From positions 12 to 64,011 of the forward strand of contig JALFIB010000216.1 in NCBI GenBank assembly GCA_022776305.1: 64,000 bases of DNA, written 5' to 3'. A program made the position numbers and the translations under genes. Every line of letters starts with the position of its first letter. Positions within the stretch are counted from its first letter, which is position 1. Below, piece by piece: positions 18,948 to 28,397 of the stretch. The notes beneath the pieces are model-generated. The model made no database searches and was not told the origin of the DNA. It worked only from the letters and a program-made list of their open reading frames with translations. This DNA is from Lachnospiraceae bacterium. GTDB taxonomy: Bacteria; Bacillota; Clostridia; Lachnospirales; Lachnospiraceae.

Positions 18948-20642
18948 ATGCGAAGAAAAAAATTGCTCACTGCTGTGCTGTGCACTGTTCTTGCAATGGC
19001 ATCGTGTTCAGTCAGTAGTGTGACAAATCAAAATATAAAACAGAAAGATAATAAAATGGCTTTTGTTGTCCATGCGCAGGAGGGGGAAGGAAGTTCTTCC
19101 GACGGAAAAGAAGCAGAAATTGCCCCGTTAGCGGAGACGAATCCACCGCAGACGGATCCACCGCAGACGGATCCACCCCAGACGGATCCGCCCCAGACAA
19201 ATCCACCGCAGACGAATCCACCGCAAACGGAGACGAATCCACCGCAAACAGATCCCCCACAGACGTCAGGAGGTGAGACGAACCCGCCGCAGACGTCAGG
19301 AGACCAGACGAATCCCCCTGAGACATCGGGAGGGAGCGAGGGCTCATCGGAATCGGAACCGTCTACCTCGTCTTCAGAATCTTCCACAGAAAATCTGACA
19401 GAGGGACAGACTCCTTCCGAGACTATGCCGGAGTCAGAGACGTCACTTGCCACCGAATCACAGACAGGGGAAGGCAAAGAGACAGAGCTTTCCAGTGAGA
19501 CGGCAAAGGAAAAAGAAAAAAAAGAATCAGAAGAGAAAGAATCAGAGACTTCAAAATATAAATCAAACAGAGAGCTGATCGCCCATCAAAATATTGTCGT
19601 GCCTCCTGATATCCAGCTGGAGTTCCGCTTTACAAAGGTGGAAGCGCGTTACGGGGTCGTATCCAACCCGGAAGGTGCACCGGTCTATGAGGAAAAGTCA
19701 GAAGAGTCAAGAACTGTAGGCGAATTGGAATATTACGGAAGCTGTTATCTTTTGGATGACAAGGATGACGGATGGTACTATGTAGAATCCGGAAATGTGA
19801 GAGGATTCGTAAAAGCGGAGGATATCGTCTCAGATGACGTAGCCCAGCGTATCGTCAATGTAAAGGGATTGGATGAGCTTCCGGCAGCCCGCCTTCTGGT
19901 GGCACGGACTGAGAATGAAGCCTTTGACTATACACATACTACTGTACAGGAGGTTATGGCAGATAAAGAGTATGCCGTTGCCAAAGGAGAAGTACAGGTT
20001 TATGAGCAGCGCAAAGAGTCTGCTGCCGTGACAGGTGTCCTGCCGGATCAAGGCTTGTGCTATATCCTTGCAGATGAAGAAAATGACTGGGTATTTGTAG
20101 AGTCCGGAGATGTACGTGGATTTGTCTTAAAGAGCAAATTGTTGACAGGTAGGGCGGCCAGTGATCAGGTGGATAAAAAGGGAGAGAACAATATGCAGCT
20201 TGCTTCCCTTCGGATCCAGCCGGAGGATAATAAAGCCTGCTACTACACCCTGACATCTGTAAAAGAGGCCTCTCAGGAATCCAAGACCCGTGAAGCGATG
20301 GTGAATTTTGCCCTTCAGTTTGTGGGGAACCCCTATGTATGGGGTGGAACCAGCCTGACAGGCGGCGCAGATTGCTCAGGTTTTGTGCAGAGCATCTATG
20401 CTTACTTTGGCTATTCCCTACCGCGTGTGGCAGAAGCACAGGCAGGATACGGAATGCAGATTCCGGTTTCTTCTGCCAAGCCGGGTGATTTGATCTTCTA
20501 TGCTAAAAATGGGTATGTATACCATGTGAGTATGTATATCGGAAATGGCAGGGTGGTTCAGGCTGCCAATAAAAATGTGGGGATCATCACATCGGGAATT
20601 GCGGGAGATGCCGTCTGGGCTACCAGAATCATCAACGGATAA
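18948..20642 (+). CDS. Secreted NlpC/P60 (C40) peptidoglycan endopeptidase with SH3-like domains and a Pro/Thr/Ser/Glu-rich linker
   Basis: Signal peptide; two W.YVESG.VRGFV SH3-like repeats; PYVWGG, DCSGF, HVSMY. Confidence 0.88.
   Translation: MRRKKLLTAVLCTVLAMASCSVSSVTNQNIKQKDNKMAFVVHAQEGEGSSSDGKEAEIAPLAETNPPQTDPPQTDPPQTDPPQTNPPQTNPPQTETNPPQTDPPQTSGGETNPPQTSGDQTNPPETSGGSEGSSESEPSTSSSESSTENLTEGQTPSETMPESETSLATESQTGEGKETELSSETAKEKEKKESEEKESETSKYKSNRELIAHQNIVVPPDIQLEFRFTKVEARYGVVSNPEGAPVYEEKSEESRTVGELEYYGSCYLLDDKDDGWYYVESGNVRGFVKAEDIVSDDVAQRIVNVKGLDELPAARLLVARTENEAFDYTHTTVQEVMADKEYAVAKGEVQVYEQRKESAAVTGVLPDQGLCYILADEENDWVFVESGDVRGFVLKSKLLTGRAASDQVDKKGENNMQLASLRIQPEDNKACYYTLTSVKEASQESKTREAMVNFALQFVGNPYVWGGTSLTGGADCSGFVQSIYAYFGYSLPRVAEAQAGYGMQIPVSSAKPGDLIFYAKNGYVYHVSMYIGNGRVVQAANKNVGIITSGIAGDAVWATRIING
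19137..19322 (+). repeat. Coding 15-bp repeats, about ten T[N/D]PP[Q/E] units
   Basis: ACG(A/G)ATCCACCGCAG-type units read directly. Confidence 0.9.
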
Positions 20643-20712
20643 CATCAAGAGAACTATATTTTGCATCTGTATACATCAAAAATAAAGGATAGAAACGTTT
20701 TAAAGAGAACAG

Positions 20713-20780
20713 AAAAAACTGCTGCCGGGAAATCATTCCAACGATCATTCGTAGGAATATCATCCCGGCAGCAGCTTTTT
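20713..20780. terminator. Bidirectional intrinsic terminator
   Basis: A-run-CTGCTGCCGGGA...TCCCGGCAGCAG-CTTTTT between convergent genes. Confidence 0.75.
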
Positions 20781-20847
20781 GTGTCGCGGTACGAAAAAAG
20801 TGTGCTTTGTAATGCTTTATAAAGTAGCGGAAGTGTGCAAGGTACAC

Positions 20848-22137
20848 TTAATTTTTGTCTTCCGTCTCGTCGGAGGACTCTTCCGATGGCGGCAATATGA
20901 GACGCACTGTTTCAATACGGTTTTTATCCATTTTTGTAACGATCAGCAGGATCTGTTCTTCTGTGGTAACGGATTCGTTTTCCTCAGGCAGATGGTCCAG
21001 CCTTTCAATGATAAAGCCTCCAATGGAATCGTAATCTTCGGAATGAAGGCTTAGTCCCAAGGCATCGTTGATATCATCTAATTTGACAGAGCCTTCAATG
21101 AGATATTCGTTTTCAGAAACCTTTTGGATCAAATCTTTTTCATCTTCATCGTATTCGTCACGGATCTCTCCCACGATCTCTTCCAGCAAATCTTCTAAGG
21201 AGATCATGCCCACAGCAGCCCCGTATTCATCCAGAACGATGGCAATGCTCACTGAATTTTCCTGCATCTCCACAAGAAGCTCAGAGGTCTTTTTAAATTC
21301 GTAAGTAAAGTACGGTTTGTACATGATATCTGAGACTTTGAATGATTCCGTATCATCACTGAAAAAGAAGTCTTTGATATTGACAATACCTGTTATGTTG
21401 TCACGGTCATCCCTATAAACAGGAAGCCGCGTATACTTTTCCGCACGGAATATGTCTTTGATCTCTGCGTAGGATGCAGTCTCACTGACAGATACCACAT
21501 CGGCGCGGGGAACCATAACGTCCTTGGCCTGGGAATCTCCAAAATCCACCACGTTATAAATCATCTGGCGTTCTTCTTCTTCAATGACCCCATCTTTATG
21601 GCTGACATCTACGATGGTACGCAGTTCCATTTCCGTCATCGTGTTCAAGGAAGCATCCGCGTCTACATGGAGAAACTTCAGCAGGAAGCGGCAGATGCGA
21701 TTGATGATGAAAATGACGGGTGTCAAAACTTTCATCAGGGCCAAGATCACCGATGCATATGCCAAAGAAAGCTTTTCTGCATTGGCCGCGGCGTATGTTT
21801 TCGGCGTGATCTCACCGAAGATCAGGATCAATATAGTAAGTGCTCCCGTAACAATGCCCACGGAACCGCTGCCGAACATCTTGATGGCCAGCGCAGTGGC
21901 AAGTGCCGCTGAAAAATTATTAACCAGATTGTTTCCGATCAAAATAGCACTGAGCATTTTGGAAGAATTTTCAATTGTTTTTAAAACAATGTCAGCCCGC
22001 TTATTTCCCTCTTCAGAAAGTGCCTGAAGGCGGATGCGGTTTACCGTAGTCAAAGCCGTCTCTGCCGAAGAAAAAAAGGAAGAGAGCACGACAAGGATCA
22101 ATAGCGCCAGAATTTGTATGGCGTCTTCAGAAGTCAA
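20848..22137 (-). CDS. HlyC/CorC (CNNM-CBS-CorC) family membrane protein
   Basis: [48 protein letters not shown]; TTG start after AAAGGAG. Confidence 0.9.
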   Translation of the reverse strand: MTSEDAIQILALLILVVLSSFFSSAETALTTVNRIRLQALSEEGNKRADIVLKTIENSSKMLSAILIGNNLVNNFSAALATALAIKMFGSGSVGIVTGALTILILIFGEITPKTYAAANAEKLSLAYASVILALMKVLTPVIFIINRICRFLLKFLHVDADASLNTMTEMELRTIVDVSHKDGVIEEEERQMIYNVVDFGDSQAKDVMVPRADVVSVSETASYAEIKDIFRAEKYTRLPVYRDDRDNITGIVNIKDFFFSDDTESFKVSDIMYKPYFTYEFKKTSELLVEMQENSVSIAIVLDEYGAAVGMISLEDLLEEIVGEIRDEYDEDEKDLIQKVSENEYLIEGSVKLDDINDALGLSLHSEDYDSIGGFIIERLDHLPEENESVTTEEQILLIVTKMDKNRIETVRLILPPSEESSDETEDKN

Positions 22138-22243
22138 AAAATCATCTCCTTTAAAATAAAACATAAAACAGTTATTGTGAATCATACAATAGTTTCAAGC
22201 AAAATGCAACGTAAAGTTTATATGGGCGATCGAAAGGGGGGAA

Positions 22244-22627
22244 ATGTTGGTGGAACTTCTGCGTGGGAAAGGCAGAAAAGCTGCGGTCATGTTAAAGGGG
22301 GTATTTCTTGCATGTGCCGTGACTGTGGTGATGCTGCTGGTATTGGCGTTTATCATGTTGAAGCTGCAGGCGACATCAGAAAAAATGGAGCTTTTTATTT
22401 TGGTAACATACGTAATTTCATGTTTTGTAGGAGGAATATACTGCGGCCGACAGGCGGAAAAGAGAAAATTTCTTTACGGCATGTTGTTAGGAACCACGTA
22501 TTTTTTACTGTTATTCTTCCTTTCTGCTATGGGAGACCGAGACGTCCAGTCCGGGATTTTGAAAAGCGCAGTAGCCTTCTGCCTGTGTGCGTGCGGCGGA
22601 ATGCTGGGCGGCATGGTGGCCGGGTAA
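22244..22627 (+). CDS. TIGR04086-like four-TM membrane protein
   Basis: 127 aa, four hydrophobic helices, GGIYCG..KRKFLYG, GGMLGGM end. Confidence 0.75.
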   Translation: MLVELLRGKGRKAAVMLKGVFLACAVTVVMLLVLAFIMLKLQATSEKMELFILVTYVISCFVGGIYCGRQAEKRKFLYGMLLGTTYFLLLFFLSAMGDRDVQSGILKSAVAFCLCACGGMLGGMVAG

Positions 22628-22684
22628 GGCTGAGTGGAAGAAAAAAGAGAGATCACGGTGGCCGTGTAAAGCTGAGTGGGAGAA
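22615..22684 (+). repeat. Imperfect 28-bp direct repeat duplicating the 3' end of the TIGR04086-like gene
   Basis: GGTGGCCGGGTAAGGCTGAGTGGAAGAA (22615) vs GGTGGCCGTGTAAAGCTGAGTGGGAGAA (22657). Confidence 0.75.
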
Positions 22685-22850
22685 GAACGGGGCTGCTTCC
22701 GTTGGGCGGCTCCGCAAAAAAAGTATTTTGTCCTTTTATTTTCGAATATTATGTGATATAGTAAAAAAGAATGATTGAGGTATGATTCTTATCTGTCGGT
22801 TCAGACGTATATCCCAGATGATTTATTTAACATAGATGAATGAGGTGTTT

Positions 22851-24311
22851 ATGAGAGAAAAGTATGAAACATTATCCCTGGCTGTTTTAAAGGATTTAGC
22901 GAAAGCCAGAGGAATGAAAGGTATTTCGTCGATGAAAAAAGGCGAATTGATTGAAGCAATGCTCGCAATGGACGAGAAAGAAAAAGGTGCGGAAGAAACA
23001 CAGGAAAAAAACAGTGCCACAGAAGATCCGGGTACAGGGACACGCAGCCAAGAGCGTGCAGACAAGCTCTCTGTGGAGAAGCCGGTTTTGGAGCATACAG
23101 AGAGACCATCTGCAGAGAAGACGGTTCCGGAACGTTCAGAAAAAATGTTTTCGGACAAGCCGCCAACAGAGCTTTCCCAGCTGGACAGCGGTATTGTTGC
23201 CACAGGTATTCTGGAGGTGATGCCGGACGGGTTCGGTTTTATACGAAGTGATAATTACCTTCCGGGAGAGAACGATGTGTACGTTTCGCCTTCCCAGATC
23301 CGCCGTTTTAATCTAAAGACGGGAGACATTATTTCCGGAAATACAAGGATCAAAGCCCAGCAGGAAAAATTCGGTGCCCTTTTGTATTTAAAATCGATCA
23401 ACGGGAAAAGCCCTTCTGAGGCTATGCGGCGCTATAATTTTGAAGACATGACGCCGATCTTCCCAAATGAGCGGATGCGCATGGAACGCGGTTCAAAAGC
23501 TACAGCAATGCGCATTGTGGATCTCTTTTCCCCCATCGGAAAGGGACAAAGAGGTATGATCGTCTCTCCGCCAAAAGCAGGAAAGACGACTCTTTTAAAA
23601 GATATAGCCCGTTCCATTTTACAGAATGACCCCAATATGAAGCTTTTGATCCTCCTGATCGACGAACGTCCGGAGGAGGTTACAGACATCAAAGAAGCGA
23701 TCCGGGGAGAAAATGTGGAAGTGATCTACTCCACCTTTGATGAACTTCCGGAGCATCATAAACGTGTTTCTGAGATGGTCATTGAGCGTGCGAAACGTCT
23801 CGTGGAGCAGAAGGAAAATGTAACCATACTGCTGGACAGCATTACCCGTCTTGCAAGGGCATACAACCTGACTGTTCCGCCCAGCGGCCGCACTCTTTCC
23901 GGAGGCCTTGACCCGGCCGCCCTCCATATGCCGAAACGCTTTTTCGGCGCAGCCAGAAAAATGCGGGAGGGTGGAAGCCTGACGATCCTCGCCACTGCCT
24001 TGGTGGATACGGGAAGCAAGATGGACGATGTGGTATACGAGGAGTTTAAGGGTACAGGCAATATGGAGCTGGTACTTGACCGGAAATTATCGGAAAAACG
24101 TGTTTTTCCGGCCATCGATATTCCAAAATCGGGGACAAGGCGTGAAGACTTGCTTCTTGACCGGGATGAGCAGGAGGCTGTGTACATTATGCGCCGAGCA
24201 TTGAATGGTATGAAGTCGGAAGAGGCAGTGGAGAACATCTTAAACATGTTCGTCCATACGAAGGATAATAAAGAACTGGTCCAGAAAGTGCGGAAGCAGA
24301 AATTTATATGA
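22851..24311 (+). CDS. rho: Transcription termination factor Rho
   Basis: DGFGFIR, YVSPSQIRRF, PPKAGKT, LIDERPEEV, EFKGTGNME; charged N-terminal insertion. Confidence 0.97.
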   Translation: MREKYETLSLAVLKDLAKARGMKGISSMKKGELIEAMLAMDEKEKGAEETQEKNSATEDPGTGTRSQERADKLSVEKPVLEHTERPSAEKTVPERSEKMFSDKPPTELSQLDSGIVATGILEVMPDGFGFIRSDNYLPGENDVYVSPSQIRRFNLKTGDIISGNTRIKAQQEKFGALLYLKSINGKSPSEAMRRYNFEDMTPIFPNERMRMERGSKATAMRIVDLFSPIGKGQRGMIVSPPKAGKTTLLKDIARSILQNDPNMKLLILLIDERPEEVTDIKEAIRGENVEVIYSTFDELPEHHKRVSEMVIERAKRLVEQKENVTILLDSITRLARAYNLTVPPSGRTLSGGLDPAALHMPKRFFGAARKMREGGSLTILATALVDTGSKMDDVVYEEFKGTGNMELVLDRKLSEKRVFPAIDIPKSGTRREDLLLDRDEQEAVYIMRRALNGMKSEEAVENILNMFVHTKDNKELVQKVRKQKFI

Positions 24312-24493
24312 TGCCAGGGTCAAAAGTCATTAACCACGATGTGCTTGCACATGAGTGGTTATATGACTTAATGACCCGCCCAAATATGAGGATAAAAGTG
24401 GGGTGCATACCCCACGATATCCGAATATTGGGCAAGGATTGTGGGAGTGCGAAGCACGAAACAATCCGTATGGCATCTTTTGATCTTAACATC
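24310..24493 (+). mobile_element. MITE-like family copy 3 (longest, 184 bp)
   Basis: Imperfect TIRs GATGCCAGGGTCAAAAG / CTTTTGATCTTAACATC (13/17 match), ATTTATAT direct repeats at 24302-24309 and 24494-24501, three internal hairpins. Confidence 0.85.
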
Positions 24494-24535
24494 ATTTATA
24501 TAAAGGTTTTAGGGATAGAAAATCATATAAAGAGG

Positions 24536-24564
24536 TTGCATTTTGGCGGAATTTATGGTATTAT
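24536..24564 (+). promoter_or_regulatory. Putative sigma-70 promoter of rpmE
   Basis: TTGCAT-17 bp-TATTAT with extended -10 TG. Confidence 0.6.
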
Positions 24565-24718
24565 TCCCATGTTGTCTCATTTGAGGCTAAACTGCAGGGA
24601 CTTGCAGGGATAGTCTGGGGTATCTTGCTGTGGTAACATTTGAGCAGCATTGACCAGAAAGCGGGCCGGAGCGGTCCGGTGTCAGTAGTTCACAAAATAA
24701 GAAGAAGAGGTGAAAATC

Positions 24719-24925
24719 ATGAAGGAAGGAATCCATCCAAATTATTATCAGGCAACGGTAACATGTAACTGCGGCAATACATTTGTAACAGGTTCTACAA
24801 AGAAAGAGATCCACGTAGAAATTTGTTCCAAGTGCCATTCATTCTACACAGGACAGCAGAAAGCTTCCGCAGCACGTGGACGTATTGAGAGATTCAACAA
24901 GAAATACGGTATTGAATCTAAATAG
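24719..24925 (+). CDS. rpmE: 50S ribosomal protein L31 (zinc-binding type)
   Basis: [33 protein letters not shown]. Confidence 0.97.
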   Translation: MKEGIHPNYYQATVTCNCGNTFVTGSTKKEIHVEICSKCHSFYTGQQKASAARGRIERFNKKYGIESK

Positions 24926-24938
24926 TGTGAGAGAAGAT

Positions 24939-24970
24939 AAGGTTGAGATTGTGAAATCTCAACCTGTTTT
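24939..24970 (+). terminator. Intrinsic terminator after rpmE
   Basis: AGGTTGAGATT-GTGA-AATCTCAACCT then GTTTTT. Confidence 0.7.
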
Positions 24971-24990
24971 TAAATAACGGAGGAATTTTT

Positions 24991-26106
24991 ATGAAACCAT
25001 CCGGAATAGGAGGACAGGCCGTCATTGAAGGCGTGATGATGCGAAATGGCGGAAAGTATGCAGTAGCCGTGCGGACACCGGACGGCAATATCGCAGTAGA
25101 CGTTCAAAATTGCAGCAGCAGCCGTATCCAGAGCAAAAAGATCGTAAAGCTTCCCATCATCCGAGGCGTTGTGAATTTTTTTGATTCCTTGATTCTGGGT
25201 ATGAAAGCATTGATGTATTCTGCGTCACTTTTTGCAGAAGAGACAGAGGAAGAGCGTGCACAGCGCGAGGAAAAGGCGCGGAAAAAGGCATCGGCAAAAG
25301 CAGAGAAATTAAGAGCCCAGGGAAAAAATGACAAAGCCGATGAAGTCCTGAAAAAATGCGAGGAAAAATTGGAAAAAGAAGCGGGAAACGTTTCCTCTTC
25401 CGATAAAGATGACAATGATATGCTGATGACACTTACAGTTATCTTTTCCGTTGTTTTTTCCATTGCACTTTTTATGATGCTTCCTTACTTTATTTCCCGT
25501 TTGTTAAGGCAGGTCGTTTCTTCGGAAATGTTGGTCCTGATCGTGGAAGGCATTGTGAAACTCCTTATATTTGTGGGTTATCTGGCTTTGATCTCCCGCA
25601 TGAAGGATATCCAGCGCACTTTTATGTACCACGGTGCAGAGCATAAGTGTATCAACTGCATCGAGCACGGGCTGGAGCTGAATGTGGAAAATGTCCGTAA
25701 AAGCTCAAGAGAGCATAAGAGATGTGGTACCAGCTTTTTATTTATCGTTATGTTTGTCAGTATTGTATTTATCATGGTGTTCAGTATTCCGCTGTTCATG
25801 TTGATCCATGTGAATACTGCATTTTGGAGGATCGTGCTGCGTCTTGCCCTGCTTCCAATTATCGCAGGGGTATCCTATGAATTTATCCGTCTGGCAGGCT
25901 GTTCTGACAGCAAGATCGTCAATTTCCTCAGCAAGCCGGGCATGGCTATGCAGCATCTGACCACAAAAGAGCCGGATGATTCTATGATCGAGGTGGCAAT
26001 TGCTTCTGTGGAAGCTGTATTTGACTGGAAAAAATTTGAAAATGAGCAGTTTGGGACGCATTACGTAATCGAGGAACCCAAAGCCGGTCAGGAGCATGAG
26101 GGATGA
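24991..26106 (+). CDS. DUF1385 (YqhQ-like) membrane protein
   Basis: IGGQAVIEGVMM, YHGAEHK, H.RCGTSF, TTKEPD; typical rpmE-prmC-prfA context. Confidence 0.9.
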   Translation: MKPSGIGGQAVIEGVMMRNGGKYAVAVRTPDGNIAVDVQNCSSSRIQSKKIVKLPIIRGVVNFFDSLILGMKALMYSASLFAEETEEERAQREEKARKKASAKAEKLRAQGKNDKADEVLKKCEEKLEKEAGNVSSSDKDDNDMLMTLTVIFSVVFSIALFMMLPYFISRLLRQVVSSEMLVLIVEGIVKLLIFVGYLALISRMKDIQRTFMYHGAEHKCINCIEHGLELNVENVRKSSREHKRCGTSFLFIVMFVSIVFIMVFSIPLFMLIHVNTAFWRIVLRLALLPIIAGVSYEFIRLAGCSDSKIVNFLSKPGMAMQHLTTKEPDDSMIEVAIASVEAVFDWKKFENEQFGTHYVIEEPKAGQEHEG

Positions 26107-26933
26107 ACCTGCGGGAAGCTTTAAAGTCAGGAGAACAGTATCTGAAAGACCATGGGATCACAGATGCCGCGGTGGATGCGTGGATTTTGCTGGAACATGT
26201 GACCAGGATAAACAGGACAGTATTTCTTGCAGAGGGCAGGAAAGAACTGGATGATCATAAAGCCGAAGACTATCAGGAGCTTTTGAAAAAAAGGGCAGCT
26301 CATATCCCACTGCAGCATCTGACGGGAGTACAGGAATTTATGGGTTTCCCTTTCCGTGTCAATGAACACGTACTGATCCCAAGGCAGGATACGGAGATAT
26401 TGGTGGAAGAAGCTTTGAAGTATTTACATCCGGGGATGAGTGTGCTTGATCTTTGTACAGGTTCCGGATGTATTGCAGTGAGCCTCGCAAAGCTTTGCAG
26501 GGGGATTTTTGTAGATGCGTCTGACATATCAAGAGAGGCTCTTGATGTGGCAGGAGAAAACCGGAAGCAGCTTTTGGCAGACGTTAATTTGATACAGAGC
26601 GATCTGTTTGAGCAGATCCATGGAAAGTACCATATGATCCTTTCAAATCCTCCTTATATCAGGTCGGAGGTAATCGGTACATTACAGGAGGAGGTACGGG
26701 TGCATGAGCCCTATCAGGCATTGGACGGTAAAGAAGACGGACTTTATTTTTACCGGGAGATCATTGGTAGATGCAGGGATTACTTGCTGCCGGAGGGACG
26801 AATCTTGTTTGAGATCGGATGTGACCAGGGAGAGCAGGTGTCCGGATTGTTAAAAGAGCAGGGCTTTTTGGATGTGGAAGTGAAGCAGGATCTGGCAGGC
26901 CTTGACCGTGTGGTATCAGGAAGAGTCAGTTGA
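26103..26933 (+). CDS. prmC: Release factor glutamine methyltransferase
   Basis: VLIPRQDTE, DLCTGSGC, SNPPY. Confidence 0.95.
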   Translation: MNLREALKSGEQYLKDHGITDAAVDAWILLEHVTRINRTVFLAEGRKELDDHKAEDYQELLKKRAAHIPLQHLTGVQEFMGFPFRVNEHVLIPRQDTEILVEEALKYLHPGMSVLDLCTGSGCIAVSLAKLCRGIFVDASDISREALDVAGENRKQLLADVNLIQSDLFEQIHGKYHMILSNPPYIRSEVIGTLQEEVRVHEPYQALDGKEDGLYFYREIIGRCRDYLLPEGRILFEIGCDQGEQVSGLLKEQGFLDVEVKQDLAGLDRVVSGRVS

Positions 26934-26966
26934 TAAACGGTATACCGTTTTGGTAGGAGGAAGACC

Positions 26967-28037
26967 ATGTTTGATAAATTAGATGATTTATTGATACGTT
27001 TTGAGGAAATTTTAAATATGCTGAATGACCCTGCAATTATCGGGGACCAGCAGCGTTTCCAGAAGCTGATGAAGGAGCAGGGCAGCCTGCAGCCTATCGT
27101 CGATGCGTATAAAGAATATAAAGATTGCAAGCAGACGATCGAGGACAGCCTTTCTATGCTGGAGGAGGAGTCTGATGAGGAAATGCGTGAAATGCTCAAG
27201 GAAGAGCTTAATGACGCAAAAAAACGGGTTGAGGAATTGGAGCACCAGCTGAAGATCCTTCTTCTTCCAAAAGACCCAAATGATGAAAAGAATGTTATCG
27301 TTGAGATCCGTGCCGGTGCAGGAGGAGATGAGGCTGCACTGTTTGCTGCGGAGATCTACAGGATGTACGTACATTATGCCGAGAGACAGCGCTGGCGCGT
27401 TGAGACTATGGACTTTGAAGAGATCGGGATTGGCGGTATGAAATATGTCAACTTTATGATCACAGGACAGGGCGCTTACTCCAAATTGAAATACGAATCC
27501 GGGGTGCATCGTGTACAGCGTGTTCCTGAGACAGAGTCCGGCGGCCGTATCCACACTTCCACAGTTACCGTGGCAGTGATGCCGGAGGCAGAGGATGTGG
27601 ATGTGGTGATCGATGAAAAGGATATCCGTATCGATGTCATGCGTGCGTCAGGAAACGGAGGACAGTGTGTCAACACCACCGATTCCGCAGTCCGCCTGAC
27701 CCATTATCCCACAGGTATCGTCGTATACAGCCAGACAGAAAAGTCACAGCTGCAGAACAAGGCAAAAGCTTTTGCATTGCTCCGCGCAAAGCTGTATGAT
27801 ATTGAGCAGCAGAAAGCACACGATGCGGAAGCAGAGCTTCGAAGAAGCCAGATCGGTACCGGTGACCGTTCAGAAAAGATACGTACTTACAACTTCCCGC
27901 AGGGACGTGTTACAGACCATCGTATCAACCTTACACTCTATAAGCTGGACAAGATCATGGATGGAGACATACAGGAGATCATCGACAGCTGCATCGCAGC
28001 CGACCAAGCCGCCAAACTGGCCAAAATGAACGAATAG
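26967..28037 (+). CDS. prfA: Peptide chain release factor 1
   Basis: [38 protein letters not shown]. Confidence 0.97.
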   Translation: MFDKLDDLLIRFEEILNMLNDPAIIGDQQRFQKLMKEQGSLQPIVDAYKEYKDCKQTIEDSLSMLEEESDEEMREMLKEELNDAKKRVEELEHQLKILLLPKDPNDEKNVIVEIRAGAGGDEAALFAAEIYRMYVHYAERQRWRVETMDFEEIGIGGMKYVNFMITGQGAYSKLKYESGVHRVQRVPETESGGRIHTSTVTVAVMPEAEDVDVVIDEKDIRIDVMRASGNGGQCVNTTDSAVRLTHYPTGIVVYSQTEKSQLQNKAKAFALLRAKLYDIEQQKAHDAEAELRRSQIGTGDRSEKIRTYNFPQGRVTDHRINLTLYKLDKIMDGDIQEIIDSCIAADQAAKLAKMNE

Positions 28038-28040
28038 GAA

Positions 28041-28285
28041 CGAATAGCACGAACGTGGCAGATGGCAAAAACGGGAATGCAAGCTTGCTTGCAATTCCCG
28101 TTTTTTGACAACTGACATGTGAGTCAAACGAACCACGAGGAAACGCGAAGCGTTTGCGAGTGGCGTTCGTGCTATTCGAAAGTAGAGAGAAGCGAGAGGA
28201 ACCACGAGGAGACGCGAAGCGTTTGCGAGTGGCGTTCGTGCTATTCGAAAGTAGAGAGAAGCGAGAGGAACCACGAGGAAACGCG
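28041..28285. repeat. Palindromic element with a 15-bp perfect inverted repeat and a 69-bp tandem repeat (2.3 copies)
   Basis: CGAATAGCACGAACG (28041-28055) pairs with CGTTCGTGCTATTCG (28164-28178); tandem units start at 28130, 28199 and 28268. Confidence 0.85.
28067..28106 (+). terminator. Intrinsic terminator-like hairpin after prfA, inside the repeat element
   Basis: AAAAACGGGAATGCAAGC-TT-GCTTGCAATTCCCGTTTTTT. Confidence 0.7.
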
Positions 28286-28397
28286 GAGTAAACTGGCCTG
28301 ATTAAAAAGTATAAAACTGGTTATTTTAAAAGTACCAATCCTCCTGTACTATTGCAATAAAAAAGCGTTCGACTTGAATTTGCAACAGGAGGAGATT

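Noticed and set aside
22950-23190. Prion-like domain in Rho
   Set aside because: The insertion is short and E/K/S/P-rich, not N/Q-rich
24308-24613. 101-aa ORF after rho
   Set aside because: Runs through the MITE-like element and the rpmE promoter; no RBS or recognisable motif
28130-28285. CRISPR array
   Set aside because: The units are near-identical 69-bp tandem copies with no unique spacers, and no cas genes are present
28119-28301. 60-aa repetitive ORF (and antisense ORF 27870-28274)
   Set aside because: By-product of a repeat whose length is a multiple of three; no convincing RBS
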